64,000 nt of DNA, from assembly GCF_009914755.1 (NCBI RefSeq), contig NC_060928.1. One strand, written 5' to 3'. Of this stretch, positions 27,017 through 41,770 are shown one piece after another. The position numbers and the translations under genes were made by a program. How positions within the stretch are numbered: the first letter of the stretch is position 1; the number at the start of each line of letters is the position of its first letter. The stretch is from the human T2T-CHM13v2.0 reference genome, Homo sapiens. The notes beneath the pieces are model-generated. The model was not told the origin of the DNA. It did not search any database and saw only the letters and a list, made by a program, of their open reading frames with translations.

Positions 27017-28582
27017 CTGAGAAAAGCGCAAAGGCATCGAGTTAAATTAGCACATAGTTCCCTGTAAACATCATTCCATTAGGTGATAATAAAAGACTTC
27101 CAATCACATGAGAGTAATCAGCTGCCAAGCTCTTATTTATTTTGAAAACTGATGTCAGAGGGCATGCTACATTCTTTGCCTTCTCTCTATTCCCTTATTT
27201 CTGAAAATCACTCTCTTGTGTATCTGAGGGTCCAGGGAGTGTTTAGGAAGAATGAAAGTGGCTGACTAGTGGGCATGCCACTCTGCCAACAGAGGTGCCA
27301 AATGGTATCAGTAGGAGTCAGTACCAAGTAAATGTGGAGGACGACTTTGCTCTGACAGTCGTAACATCAGCAATCAGAACACGGTGGTGCTGTTCCGCAT
27401 GCAGCATTGACGTGGATGTCCTTTGACATGAGGCAAGGGATTGGTTCTCAGACTTAGTCAGGGATATCTTCTAGTGAATGAATGTTTCCAGAGCTGGTGA
27501 ATAACATAAGGAACCTAGTTGTTTGGATGTATATATCATGAAGCAACCTATTCTAGAAGGATCAAATACCTGGTAAAGGATCAGAGAGACATGTTCAACC
27601 ACTGGCTTCTCCCTACTTCAGCCTCATTGAGCACTTCATGAATCTCTGTTTGATTTCTTAATTATTCATTGTTTCGATTGTTCCGTATCTGACTATTTTA
27701 TATCCCCAATGGTATCTCAAGCTTCTTGTTGAAGATGGTCATATATATGCTTCTTTAATATTTTGTATAACATGCAGCCTAGTGCTGATGACAGAGTAGA
27801 TGTTCAATAGGTATCTATTCTGATGGAACTGAATCGGCTTAGTTCACAGATATCGAGCTCAGGACTATTAAGCATGCCTGTCTACCCACAGCACAGTACT
27901 GATCATTACAGGGTGCACACAATGCATGCAAATAAGATCAAACATTAGTAAGAACGTTTAGTTAAAATTATAGCTAAATACACACAACACACATAGGCAC
28001 ACAGATAAAGAAGCATAATTTGTGAAACTTTTCTACTTATTTTAAAACAAAACAAACTTCTATTCCACAGGCTTGAAACATAGATATAGTAACTGTGTAT
28101 TTCTATGATTTCACTTTAAAGCAAATGGGTTTTCAAATGACCTAGAATAAGTCTAATTTCATTACTGTATAACCATACCACTTATGTCCCCAAATCAATA
28201 AACATTTCATTACAAGCCTTGTGCTTATTGATTAAATAATTCTCTAAGCTGTTAGAAAAATTACACTCATATCATAACCAGCCACATCTTGAGGACCTGC
28301 TCCCTGGAGAGAGCTGGACGTTCAAATAACTGTGAGGCACAGGCCTGCCCAAATCTTCAGAGCTTTTATGTACCTCTGATGGATGATTTGAGAACACTTT
28401 CACCTCCTTGCCCAAGTTAAGTTTGGTGGATCTTTGTCAATATCATTGTAATACTATTATAACATGTTATAATTAATGTTAAAAGCTGAAGAATCCTTCT
28501 TATTAAAAACCATCAGGTTAACTATATTGCTAAACCTACAAACTTGCTCTGAATCCTATTTTGATGGTTTCAATAATATTGA

Positions 28583-28925
<343 letters not shown>

Positions 28926-30504
28926 TAGATTTATTCTTTTATTGTGTTCAACCAATCAGGATTTTATGACTAAAATACTATCATTAGCATTTTAGAAAAT
29001 ACTGTATTGTTATAGTGAATTCATTATTAGGAAAAACATGTCATGAATAATCTATTTGCAATTTTAAACTGATAATTGCAATTAATTTCCCTTACAAGTA
29101 GCTCTGCTCGTGCCCACAAGACTGTATATAAGACAGTTAGTCTCCTGTAAAGTCTTAAAAACAGAAAATTGAACAGGTTAGTTGGTAGATTGATACCCTC
29201 TCACTGCCTTCTTTTTTTGGTTAAAGGTCCTGGTAAAGTTTTAAAAGCTAAGAACCATTGAAGCACAGTAGGGCATGGGAGGAACCCACACCTGCTGTGC
29301 TCCTGGTGCCCGTAGTTGGGCTGGTCCTCTGTGGCAGGGAGGGACTCGCTATGGGGTTAGGCCTGGAAAATGAGGCTCCTTCTGTAGCCAGTCTCTGAAT
29401 GGAGCATTTGAATGCAAAGTGTTAGACACAGCCATTGGGGGAATACCAAATCCCATTACCAAAAAAAGCATCTTTTACTTTATGTAAATTGTAGTGTCTT
29501 AAAAAACATATGGCTTATTATAACATTTCTCTGCGCATAAAATTTGCAGACTTATCAGCTTGATAGAACATAAAACAATGTAGCACAAATAAAATTTTGT
29601 CTATGACAGTGCTTATTCGGAACTTCATTATAATATCAATTTAAAAAAAAAATCTGATTTTTTTGCCTGAAGCTATGTGTCTCTTAAATGGAAGCCATTA
29701 CTTAGACATTATATGCAATATAGAATCTGTGCCATAAAATTTTGAAACATTTTAGCCATTCACAGATCATTTATTAGGGATTGCTTATCACATAGATATA
29801 TTTAAATAATATATGTATGGAAAAGATGTATATATTGCTATAAATGAAAGACAAATTATTGATAAACAAAATAAAAAATGTATTCATAAATTTCTGTCCT
29901 GAAATGGCTCAGGAAGAATAATTTTTAAAAATCGAACAGCTAAATTTCTGAAAGGTAGATAGGATTATCGACATCATTCACTCCTGGACAATAGATGAGT
30001 TCAAAAGTTGTAGCTGTTAGAGAAGGAGGAACAAGAAAAATTAGCCTCATGCAGTCAGTAATCATTTATGTGAGAAAAAGGATATAGAAAAGAGTCACAC
30101 AGGACACATTAATGTGAGTCTGTGAGAAAAACTGCTAACATGTATTAATACTGGGTTAAAATTTTTTGAAAAATTTTAGACTTTATGATCACAACATATT
30201 GTGATGTATACTTAGCTAATAAGGCAAATCACTGTAGAACTTACCAGCTACAGTAACACGGGAAACCGTAAGTAACTATTTTAGAGTAACTATAAGTAAT
30301 TCTAAAATGAATGAAGAGAATGAAGTGACTTTTTCAGCCTTAAGCAAGCTTATAGGATGACTAATGATTTCCCTGACAGATGGCACAGAATTGGTTTGGG
30401 AATCAACACCTATGTAAATAAAAATGTCAGCCGAAAAATGAGATGGCACAACAAATCAGTCCTTTTAAGGAAACGGTGGAGGCAAAGAAAGGCAGAATAA
30501 TTAC

Positions 30505-30978
30505 ATGAGTGGCCGCAGGGGTGGTTAAGGTGGTGCCATCTGTCACAGCAGACCTCTGACCCCAGGTGGGGGAGGGTGTCTCAGAACGGCCAGTGGTGTC
30601 AGAGTCACCAATCTGCAGCTCCTCCAGCATGGCTGTGGAGGACTCACTCTCCGAGCGGGAGGAGTGCTCGGCCAGGGAGGAGTCTGTTGTCAGAGAGCCT
30701 GTGTCGTGGCTGTGGATGAGGCTTTCTGGAGCTGGGAGCAGGTGTTTGTATAAGCAATGGGAAAGGCTCTGGGGATTATGCAGGCGTGAAGACCCCACAC
30801 CATCGGGGGGCGGAAGGCTGAGTGATGCTGAGCTGGTGCCACTGCCTGGTGAGAAAGTGGCTCGGTTCAAAGGTACCACGGAAGGAGGGCACGGAGGAGA
30901 AGCTTCTGGTGTGGTTTGTCTGTGTGTCTGTGAAGCATTTACCTCCAACACACTGGCAGGTAAGTTCTGATTTCCAAG
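30505..30978 (-). CDS. SORBS2: 474-nt Ser/Thr/Pro-rich cassette exon LGNQNLPASV...TTPAATH (phase 0-0)
   Basis: ttttttcctcatactcag|CTT GGA...ACT CAT|gtaatt; 158 open codons, GC-rich against AT-rich flanks, in a phase-0 intron. Confidence 0.75.
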
Positions 30979-33515
30979 CTGAGTATGAGGAAAAAATAAT
31001 AAGAGATAAATTATCCAATTAACAAAAGTACCTCTTTTTGCGATGTGGCAGAGAAGGCAAAGCATCGGTTTTATTTGCAAGCACTTTAAGGAGTTACATT
31101 CAGATGGGTTAGGTGCCAACCACACAGTGCAGAAAAAGTGTGAAAACAGGAAGAAAGTGAATCCAGTCGGTGTGTTTTGAAACAAGGCCGGTTTTCACAC
31201 AGCACTGCAATGTAATTCTGGTTAGGGGCTTGAGAGTGTTGGCATAACGAAACTGTTTCCTCAGGAGTTTTAGTTTTTGTATTTGTGACAATGATAAGAT
31301 ACCAGACTGTCGGTCAGCAGAATTGGTTTGTCCTTCACTAGAAAAATCTAATAGCATAATTGCCTCCCCCTTGCCAAAATGTCCCCAAAACATAAATCTG
31401 TTTGTCTTATTTTTTCCTGGTTTATGAATCTAAACACTGATAATACTAAACACAACTAAGCAGAAAAGATAAATGGAAAAGATGTTTTATTTCCTTTCCA
31501 CTAATTAAATCTGTTCTTTGATTTCACTACAAAATACGAAAAGAATTGGACTTTAAAATATCCTAGCAATGCAAATAGAGGTACCATGTGTGAAAATGAA
31601 AACCAGCCACTGATAATAGTTAGAATGTACCCTAGTTAGTTAGAACTATGGTTGGCACTAAATCTTAGGTAAAGGAGAAAGAAACTGAAGGAAAAATAAA
31701 AGATTTAACAGCTCCAAGGCTATATATAGCCCAAGAGGCTAAACATAGTGAAGGGATGCTCTGTAGGAGGAAGAGAGAAGATGACCATTTGAAATTTTAC
31801 AACCACCTGTGGTAGCCTGGATGACGTTTGACCACACGTGACAAATAGGATGATAAGTACTCAATTCAACGTAAGTGAATAAAACTCCGAAGCAACTTTT
31901 CTTACTTATTTTTTCTACCTTTCAGAATAGATACTTTTTGGAGGGGATGTTTGGGAGAGGAAATGGTTTTAAGATAGATGGCCAGAGGTATTGTGAGATA
32001 TTAGTACAAAGATGGGAATGAATGAAGGAGAACTGTTTACACTTAGAAATACTGCCTAGTAAATGTTTAAGTTAAACAATTTGGTGTTCTTTGGCAGCCA
32101 TAATTTTCATAATGACTGATGTCATGCACGTTGTTAGCATAATAAAAAGGTTGCAATAATTTTTTTCTCAGACTTTTACTTGAATACTTTTAAAAAATCC
32201 ATCATATAAAAAGGTCTCTCTGAATCATAGATCCCTTAGAAATCTGATAAATGTGACTGATCCTTCTTTTGGGGAAATGCACAAATTCATACGTACAGAA
32301 AGTTCTGCATAAACTTCAGGGGGACAGAGACACTCTAAAGCATAACCTTAATCTAACGGGTTAAGAAACCCCAACCATGGATAAAAAGACAGATTTTCTT
32401 GTCCTAATCTTACTTAATATATTTTTTTTTCTTGTTTAAACATAGTCATTTTAAATGTGATATATATATATTATATATACATATATATATATAATATATA
32501 TTTTACTGTTCATGGTTGTTTAAATCTCTAGAAATAACTGACAGAAATCTTAGTTACCCAGAACTTAAAATGTTTTGGTGGGGATGCATCCTTATTATTA
32601 CTGAGTGTTTACAATAATTGCAATCTTATTGGAGGTGAAACTATAATATTATGAAATTATCATAATTCTAACTTAATGTATTAAAATGTTGCTATAAGTC
32701 TGAATGTAATTCAGTATAAAGCAGTCTTTGGATAGCGTCAATGAAATTTCCCCTAATAATGCAGCTTTACTAAGGATGTTTCCATGTAATACGAATCTCT
32801 TTTTAGTTTTATTTATGCTAAATGAAAACTATGAAATAATACAAACCATACAAAAGGATTTGAGTTATCTGCTCATGAGACTTTTCCCTTTCAAATTAAA
32901 AGAAAAAAATCTAATGACTTTAACCCCCATTGGACTGACTTGTCCATATCCTATGACTTGAAACATGTCAAAAGCTAAAGCGTATTCTAAAATCACCATT
33001 GTCACGGGTAATATGATCATTAGTTTGCATAGCACTGTGTCTGGGGATGGTCCTTACCCATTCAATTGTTCTTCCAAATAGCATGTCCACAGAAAACAAA
33101 ATTATTCCACCTTTCGAATTTCTTTCACCACCTCCTGACATGCTCCTGGTTTTGAGTCTTTTAATGCACGTGTGTGTATGGGTGTGTATGTGCGTGTGTG
33201 TGTTTGTGAGTGTAAGGCATGAAATGCCTCGTGGTGAGTCACATCACACTTAAATTTCTACAGATAAAACTCAATAATTCAACAGTTATACTGGTCACCC
33301 ACAAAAAAGCTTTGACAAGACCCCAATCTTCACATGAATGGAATATACCCTGTAGACCCAAGGGGAAAGAAAGACCATGTTACACGTGTTTCTCCTGAGG
33401 AAAATCAGAAGAGCAGCAGGAAAGGTATGAAAGGGGAAGAAGGCAGTATTTTCCCAATCTGGACTACCTCGAAAATAGGGAAAACTGGCTTTAAACAAGG
33501 GTATTTTTTTCTTAC

Positions 33516-33587
33516 TTCGTGAGTGGCAAGTAGATGACTGCAGGTAATCATCCTAATTGTTTTAGGTCTCCTTCTTTTCGAGACCAT
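33516..33587 (-). CDS. SORBS2: Candidate alternative first coding exon MVSKRRRPKTIRMITCSHLLATHE
   Basis: ccATGG start, 24 codons, GAA|gtaaga donor in phase 0 matching downstream phase-0 acceptors. Confidence 0.4.
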
Positions 33588-34242
33588 GGAAGGCTAAGGT
33601 GTTTGAATAGGGATCAAGGGTCACCAACTTTTTGTGAGTATAAATTGTTTTTTCTTTCCCCAACCCTTGAGCTAGCAGGAAGAGGGTAATGAGAAACACC
33701 AGCTAGCAGCCAGGGGCTGCCTGGTCTTCTGCAAAGGACAGGGACGGTGCTTAAACCTTAATATGCTTCATATACCAAGAGAGAGCACCTGCTTACTCAA
33801 ACTAGCACTGAGCTTCTTCGTCCAAATGACTCCAACCCAGAATGCTAAAGAGAGCCTTTGGATGAGAGTGCTCACCAATCAACACTGGAGCTCCTGAGGA
33901 ATGAAGGGGCACAGAGATTCAAGGGAGGGTGAGCTTCAGCAGTGGAAAAAGTGTATTGAGTTGGATGAAGGCATTGCAAACTCAAGTGCCCATCATGGGT
34001 CAGGAAAGTATCCAGGATGTGCAAATCAAGCCCGTGTTGGATGACAGGGAATGATGGGACCGATGGCAGAATGCGGAAGTCATGTTCCCCCTCAAGGCGG
34101 GCGTCATTGACCCATATCCTTTGCCTTGAAACACGATGAAAATTAAAGCTTACTGTCTCTAAGACCACCATAGTCATGGGTAATATGACCTTTAGTTCGC
34201 TCATAAGCTCAGTGACAACACATCTATAGTCATAAGCCCCTA

Positions 34243-35206
<964 letters not shown>

Positions 35207-35382
35207 AGGTCAAGGATCCTAACATCTCTCTCTTAACACCTTTAGTCATTGAGCTTCTAGGCCTCATTTCTCAAGGAACATAAGGAATATATATTAAATG
35301 TCAAGCAAAGAAATCTGACAGGCTTTTGTTCTCTTTTTTCCAATGATAGTAATTTACTTGAAAAGAAAATATCTAGGAAGGG

Positions 35383-35458
35383 GTTTTTTTTTTTTTGGAG
35401 TCTTGCTCTCGACCTCCAAAAGTGCTGGGATTACAGGCATGAGCCACTGTGCCCGGCT
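35383..35458 (-). mobile_element. Internally collapsed Alu (both ends only)
   Basis: T-tail+ggagtcttgctctc joined to gacctccaaaagtgctgggattacagg; TSD ggaaggggtttt. Confidence 0.85.
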
Positions 35459-35559
35459 GGAAGGGGTTTTAAAAAAACCAATCTTTACCTCCCATCCACA
35501 CATCCTTTAGGGAAAATGTGCCCCCTCTTTTCATGGCCTGTCCTGGTGGTATGAGGAGA

Positions 35560-35990
35560 CCTGCCTGGCAGCTGTGTCTGTTGCCGGATCATCATTTTGC
35601 TGGCCACAGCTGATTAGGAAAGGGGAGTAACTGGACTATGCTGGGCCAGTGGGGCCCTGCCTCCCTCCTGGGAATTTGAATTACGTGACACTGAATGCCC
35701 CTCAGGTAGCTGTCGGGTACCCAAATGCAAGGAGTCAGAGAGTATCATGGAAACCCATGGGCAACTTGAAGTAACGACAGAGCAGAAACTAAGAGACAGA
35801 CAGGGAACTATGCAGTTCCTACGACTGAGAAGGATGGAGGGTAGCTGCCTGGCCATTGCCCCGTTTCCCTAAGGCCTGGCTGTATTGCCTGCATTGTAAT
35901 GATGTGAGATTGTCTGACAGCCTCATAATAAAAATTATTTTAACCATATACTCCCCACCCAAGACCTGGGTGACAAGTGATCTAAAATTG
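35560..35990 (+). mobile_element. Old MaLR LTR (MLT1K/L-like)
   Basis: tggccacagctgatt...ctgggccagt...ctcctgggaatttgaa motifs. Confidence 0.45.
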
Positions 35991-36159
35991 TCACACAGAT
36001 TGGGCACACTGACAGCATGTGGCATCTGAATCAGGGGAGTAAATATTTCTACTGTACTCTGTGGTATTCAGATCGGGAATATGGTTTTGCATCTGGGAAA
36101 GTGTCATATTTTAAGAACATTATCAAAATATGGGATTTAAAAATCAGCTTGTGTGAGAG

Positions 36160-36360
36160 CATAGAGGTAGCAGAGGCTAGTGGCTGAGCTGTGGATCTTG
36201 AGTCAGACAGACTTGGGCAACTTGTTTAATTTCCTTGGCCTCAGTTCCTTCATGTGTATAATATAGGCATGGATAAAACCCATCTCTTAAAGCCTGTAAA
36301 AATTAAGTAGGGCAATGTAAAGTGCTTAGCACAGTGCCTGGTGTGCTGTAATAGCTCTCA
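36160..36360 (+). mobile_element. MIR
   Basis: ttgggcaacttgtttaatttccttggcctcagttccttc core; aaagtgcttagcacagtgcctgg end. Confidence 0.8.
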
Positions 36361-37714
36361 AAAAAAGGAGAATCATGTTTTACAAAATTAAAATGCTGGG
36401 AAGGAACAGGAATGCTCTGCACAAAGCCAGTAGCAGGGTAGGGAAGAGAAGGATCACGTGAACACTGTCAGATAGAGGCGGAAGAACATTCTGTCTCTTT
36501 TGCTCTGTGGATAACCATGCAGAAGTTAAGGAAGGCAGATCATGACGTGGTATTAGAAATTCTTTCCAATAATTCGATCTCAGAAATGGCCAAGCACTGG
36601 ACTGCTGCCTTGGAATGTAACTGAGCTCTTCATTAAGTGTATTCAGAAAAGGCTGGATGCCCATCTATTGGGAGATGTTGAAGAGGACGTTTTATTTGTA
36701 AACTCATGTTGGACTCCCAAGTATTCTCTAATGTTCAATTATTTAAATACATGCATATGCATGCGCATGCACAGACATCAAATGGAGAAATTGCCAAAGA
36801 CCTGATCAACTAATAGCATTACGAGCCCACAGAAAGGAAGCCATACTAATGGAAGACATCAATGATTGGGGCCGGTCTTGATAGCAATGTTCCAGAAAGT
36901 GCGTTCTGCAGTTCTGCACCTATTATCCCACACTGCTGACATGTCTGCATTACTCTGTCCTCCTTAGTATCTACATACTGATCCCATGGAGCAAAAGAAA
37001 TGAGTTTCCTCTCCCTTCTACATGACAGTCAGGCAAGTTCCCCTGTGAGTCCCCAGCATATGTGCAGTGGCAGCTGTGAAGGTGAGGCTTTGGCAAATGA
37101 TTGATTATGTTATTTCATAACGGACAGGACAAGCTTATCTTCCTGAAGCAAGGAACATAGCACAGATGCCATAGAAACTGTTTGGGGGTGTAGCTTTTTG
37201 CTGGCTTTCCAAAGTGTCTGGCTTATACCTTCACTTACTTGACATTGAGAACAATGTGACATTTTTAGCAACAGGATATCTGATCACACAGTACCATAAG
37301 GATAACATGCCTCATTTCTGGTCTGTTTGTAGGAGGTCAATTAAAGCACATGCCGTTTAGAAAACACTATGAAAAATTGTCAAATATGAAGAGAATTTCT
37401 AACAGTGACCTGTAGTTTTCTTCTTAAATTAATGAGCAGACATTAATAATAACAAAACTATGTAAATAAAACTTCTGAAACACTGAAATGTACTTTTCAC
37501 ATCTTGGTGTACTTTTATTGCTTGGACCTGCTAATTCCTGGGAGCCTAATTCTTTATAATGGAGCACATATTTGGCTGACTCACAGGGTATAGCTTACAG
37601 TGCTTGGCATTGGCTGAGACTTGCCAGAATGCGGAGTGCAAGTGTTTAAAATGGAAAGGTCACCATTGTGAAAGGTCATTACATGGAAAATGAGACTTAA
37701 AAATGAAGCATATC

Positions 37715-38125
37715 ACAATCATCAAGATGTAGAAACAAACCAAATGTCCATTGATGGATAAATAGATAAAGACAACGTGGTGTATACGCATACTAGGATA
37801 CTATTCAGCCTTAAAAAAGATGGATGTCCTGCCACATGCTGTAACATGGAGCAATCTGGAGGACCTTATACCAAGTGAAGGCCTGTCTCAGAAGGACAAA
37901 TATCTGAGCAGAGAGTAGACTGGTGGTTGCCAGGCGCTTGGGGAAGGGGGATATGAGTTGCTATTCGGTGGGCATAAAGTTTTAGTTATGCAAGATGAAT
38001 AAATTCTAGAGATCTGCTGCACTGCATGGTGCCTACAGTTAACAATACTGCATTGCACACTTACAAATTTGTTAAGAAGGCAGATCTCATGTTAAATGTT
38101 CTTACCAAAATTTTAAACAGAGAAT
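37715..38125 (+). mobile_element. L1MA/L1MB 3' end fragment
   Basis: caaatgtccattgatggataaatagataaag...ctattcagccttaaaaaag...ttctagagatctgctg...cagatctcatgttaaatgttcttacc. Confidence 0.85.
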
Positions 38126-38319
38126 AAAAACTGCAACAGCTTCATGCTACCTTTTTTAAAAAGCCTTAGAAAAGAGGACACGCTATCTTGGAACAAACTG
38201 AAAGTCTGTTGAAATAAACTTTTACCTACCAGTAAAAAAAATGAAGTATTGTTGAAAATAATATATTTCTTTTTCCCAATCAGATGCATAATTTGGAAAA
38301 ATATTATTTAATGATGATG

Positions 38320-38480
38320 ACAGCTACTGTATGTTGAAGAATTACCATGAAGCAGGCACCATGCCAAGATCCTTATATGCCTTACTCAAACCTCCCAGCA
38401 GTTCTATGAATGGTTGCTATCATTGTCCCTGTTTTATAGATGAGAAAACTGCTGCTCGGGGAGGGTGAATAACTAGATGA
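38320..38480 (-). mobile_element. MIR
   Basis: ccctgttttatagatgagaaaactg reverse-core motif. Confidence 0.75.
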
Positions 38481-38499
38481 ATGGTTTTATGTTAATAAG

Positions 38500-39845
38500 A
38501 TCTTGAAACAGCTGACTGCCCAACCACTTTCTTCCCAGTCTCTCTCATACCCACTCCAAGAAAGCCTCCTTCCCCACTATGGAATCAATGGTAAGTTTTC
38601 AGATTTCATTTCAAACCTGTCTCATCAACAGCATTTGTGCGGTGAACCATCCCTTTCTTTCCACACATTTTCCTCACATGGCTTTTAGGATGCCACATTT
38701 TCCCAGATTTCCTCCTCCCTTAGAGGACACTGCTTTCAGTCTCCTCCACTGCTTCTTCCTCTTAATGTTGAGATTCACTCAGGCTCAACTCTTGGTCCTC
38801 CCCTTTTCTCTGTCCTTCCCCTGCTGATCTCACTCTGTCTCATGGCCACAAAACCCATCGACTAGCCAATGGCTGATACCTCCAACCAGGACCTTTCCCC
38901 TGAAGTACAGGCTCTTACATCCAAATGCTCACTTGACCACTTAATGTGGGTGTCTAAGAAATGCCTCAAACTTCCTGTTTCCCAAATGGAACCTCTGAAG
39001 TTTCCACCAACCTGTTCCACCCACAGCTGTCCAGTCTCAGCTGATGGCGATGCTATCTTCCAGTTGGAGTCAACCTTGACTTTTCTCTTCCTCACATCCC
39101 ACATGCAATCTGCCAGGAAGTCCTGTTTGCTTGACTTTCAAAATACATTCTCACAGTCTGATTTCTCACCACCTCCTCTGCTGCCCCCTGCTTTGAGCCC
39201 CATCATTTCTTACCTAAAGGACTGCAGTAGTTACCTAACTGGTTTGCCTGATCTCCTCCTTGCCCCACTATGGTACGTTTTTCACTGAGCTGCCAGAATG
39301 ATTTTGTTAAAATATAAGGGAAATAATAATGGTGGTAGCCTCAACATCCTCCAGTGACCTCCATTTTTATTGAGAGTAAATGTCAAAATCCTTGCAATGG
39401 CTTATAAGGCCTCCTGTCATCTGGTCTTTGTTACCTCTGACTTCACTTCCTATCACTCTCACCTCACTTACTTCCTCTCCCTCCCTCAGGCTTCCTTCTG
39501 GTCCTCCCACAGCCCCAGCATGATCAACCTCAAAGCCTTTACATAAGACATTCCCTCTGCCTAGAATATTCTTCCTCCTTCAAAGCTGTTCTCTTTTCAG
39601 TGAGGTCTATTGATATTGAGTTACCATACTTGACATGATATCTGGTCTCCACATCTCTACTTTGCATGGCATAACTCAATTTCCATAATCTTCTAATATA
39701 TGTAATTTACTCCAGTTCTTATTAATGCTTGCTCCTCCTGCCACACACAGACAAATTTTAAGCAGGAATGGTTTCAAATCCAACTCTGTTACTAGAACAG
39801 ACTTGACATAGGTTAGGCACCCAATAAATATTTCTTGAATAAATA
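38500..39845 (+). mobile_element. L2 LINE (3' part)
   Basis: Pyrimidine-rich L2 body (tgggtgtctaagaaatgcctcaaactt, cagtagttacctaactggt) ending taggcacccaataaatatttcttgaataaat. Confidence 0.8.
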
Positions 39846-40269
39846 GCAGTGACAGGATCTCAAATCTTAACTTTTAGATGGTGCCGATACCCTGGGGATA
39901 ATATAATCAAACTAACCGTCTCTGCGCAGCCTGGATAAAACCATGCAAAACGAAAGGTATCAGCTTGTTTTCAAACATCACAAAACCATTCTGAAGAAGC
40001 AAACCAGGTTGGATGAGTCCAATGACTGATATGTGTTCCTATGACTTCTCCTACACCTGCTTCCTGGCGTGCCCATCCTGGGACACTGGCGAGTCTGCTC
40101 ACTGACACTGGCACGGGCCTGTCTGTACAGTCACAGACGGATTTTGCTCCCTCCGACCTTCCTGGACTCCTGAACCCGATCAAGATGCATCTGCCTCAGC
40201 TCCCACCATCATGGCACCGTGTCTCGTCACTGCTGAGTAACGACTTCACAACGAGAAGTAGCACTCTTT

Positions 40270-40495
40270 CAGAGTGGTGGCCCTGCAGCCAGCCTGCCAG
40301 GGTGTGTATTCTGTTTCTGCCTTTTGCCAGCTGCATGACCCTGGGGGAGCAACTTACTTCTGTGCCTCAGTTTCCTTAGCCATAAAATAAGGACAGTAGT
40401 AATACCTACTCCATGAGATTGTGGCAATTATTAATAAACATAAACAAGCTGCAACAGTGCCTGCATAGAGTAAGGCCTTAATATTTGTTAGCTCC
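40270..40495 (+). mobile_element. MIR
   Basis: tctgtgcctcagtttccttagccataaaataagg core. Confidence 0.8.
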
Positions 40496-41770
40496 TATTA
40501 ATGTTATTATTATTATTATCATCTGATTTCATAGGTGCTTTCAGAAGATATTACCTTAATTAGAAGAAATTGCTCTACTGAACGAATTTTGCACATCTTG
40601 ATTGGCTGATGGAGAAGATATTTTAGTAGAGGTATGATAATACCAGCTTGTCCTTTAATCATTTCTGTTTAAGGCTCGTCTGCTTTATGAGTGGGTGGGG
40701 GGATCTTGGTGTCAATTAGTTATCTTTTGGAGATTTTCTGTACAGTTTAAAAGTATATCTCCTCGAGGATATGTTTTGGATGATCTTTATTAACACAGAT
40801 ACAAAAAGGAGTATTATACAAATTATTTACTTAGGCACCACTGTTTTCAATATTAACACTAGCGCTGTTGCTGCTACTATTATATCTTTTATTAACAGCT
40901 GTCATTGAGTGCTTGCTCTAGCCTAGTCTATGGTAATTCCCTAGTCTTACCATAACCTATAAATTAAGGGTTAATTAGTATTCTCATTTCTTTGTTCGGA
41001 CTCACAGAAAAGTTTAGATGAATGTCTCATCACATAGTAAATGATGCCTGGATTAAAATCTACAGCTTATCCTTAAAGTTTATGCTTTTAGCACTACATT
41101 GTTCTATGGAGAAGTCAAAAAGAGAAGCACATTTCTCCTGTTAACAGACTAATACATGTAAACAGAAGGATGCTATGAGAGAATTCTACACACATGGAAA
41201 GTTTTACTTCCTGAAAGTCTGGATAATAAAAGTTGGCTAATACACTTTCTGAAATGATAAATTAAGTTTTAGTGAAAATGAATATTGAGTTGCAAAGAAA
41301 TAGACATTGCTTAAAATTAAGATAACTATTCCCTGCCAAAGCAAATTATAATTGACAATTATCTGAAGAGGTTTTACACATGTAAATAAAGTAAATCTAA
41401 GTGCAAAAAGATCTAATATGAAAAATATTTCTTTGAAACCTAAACATGCTTTAAGTCCTGAAGTAGTCTGCAATGTCTTAAATGATAACTGACCCCTCAA
41501 TGATTTCCCATAAACATCTAGAAGAAAAAAAAAATTTAGAACATGATTTCTGGATGAAAGATCTGTATATGCATATTTACATTTAAAAATACCTAGACAT
41601 TTGCTGATGAATTTAGTAGGGTTTTAAATTGGAAAATGGTTTCTTTCTCCTTTCCCTTCCTGCTTGGAAACTAAGAAAGCATTAGGTCATATAAGAAGCC
41701 CAAACCAAAGGAGTTAGGGTCTCTACGATACGCATGTATTAATACGAAGAGACTGAGAAGCTTAAGGTAC

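Noticed and set aside
30566-30970. 134-aa + strand ORF
   Set aside because: Antisense shadow of the 474-nt minus-strand exon
40041-40379. CpG-containing patch as a further SORBS2 coding exon
   Set aside because: All three minus-strand frames after the candidate acceptor hit stops; the + ORF runs into a MIR
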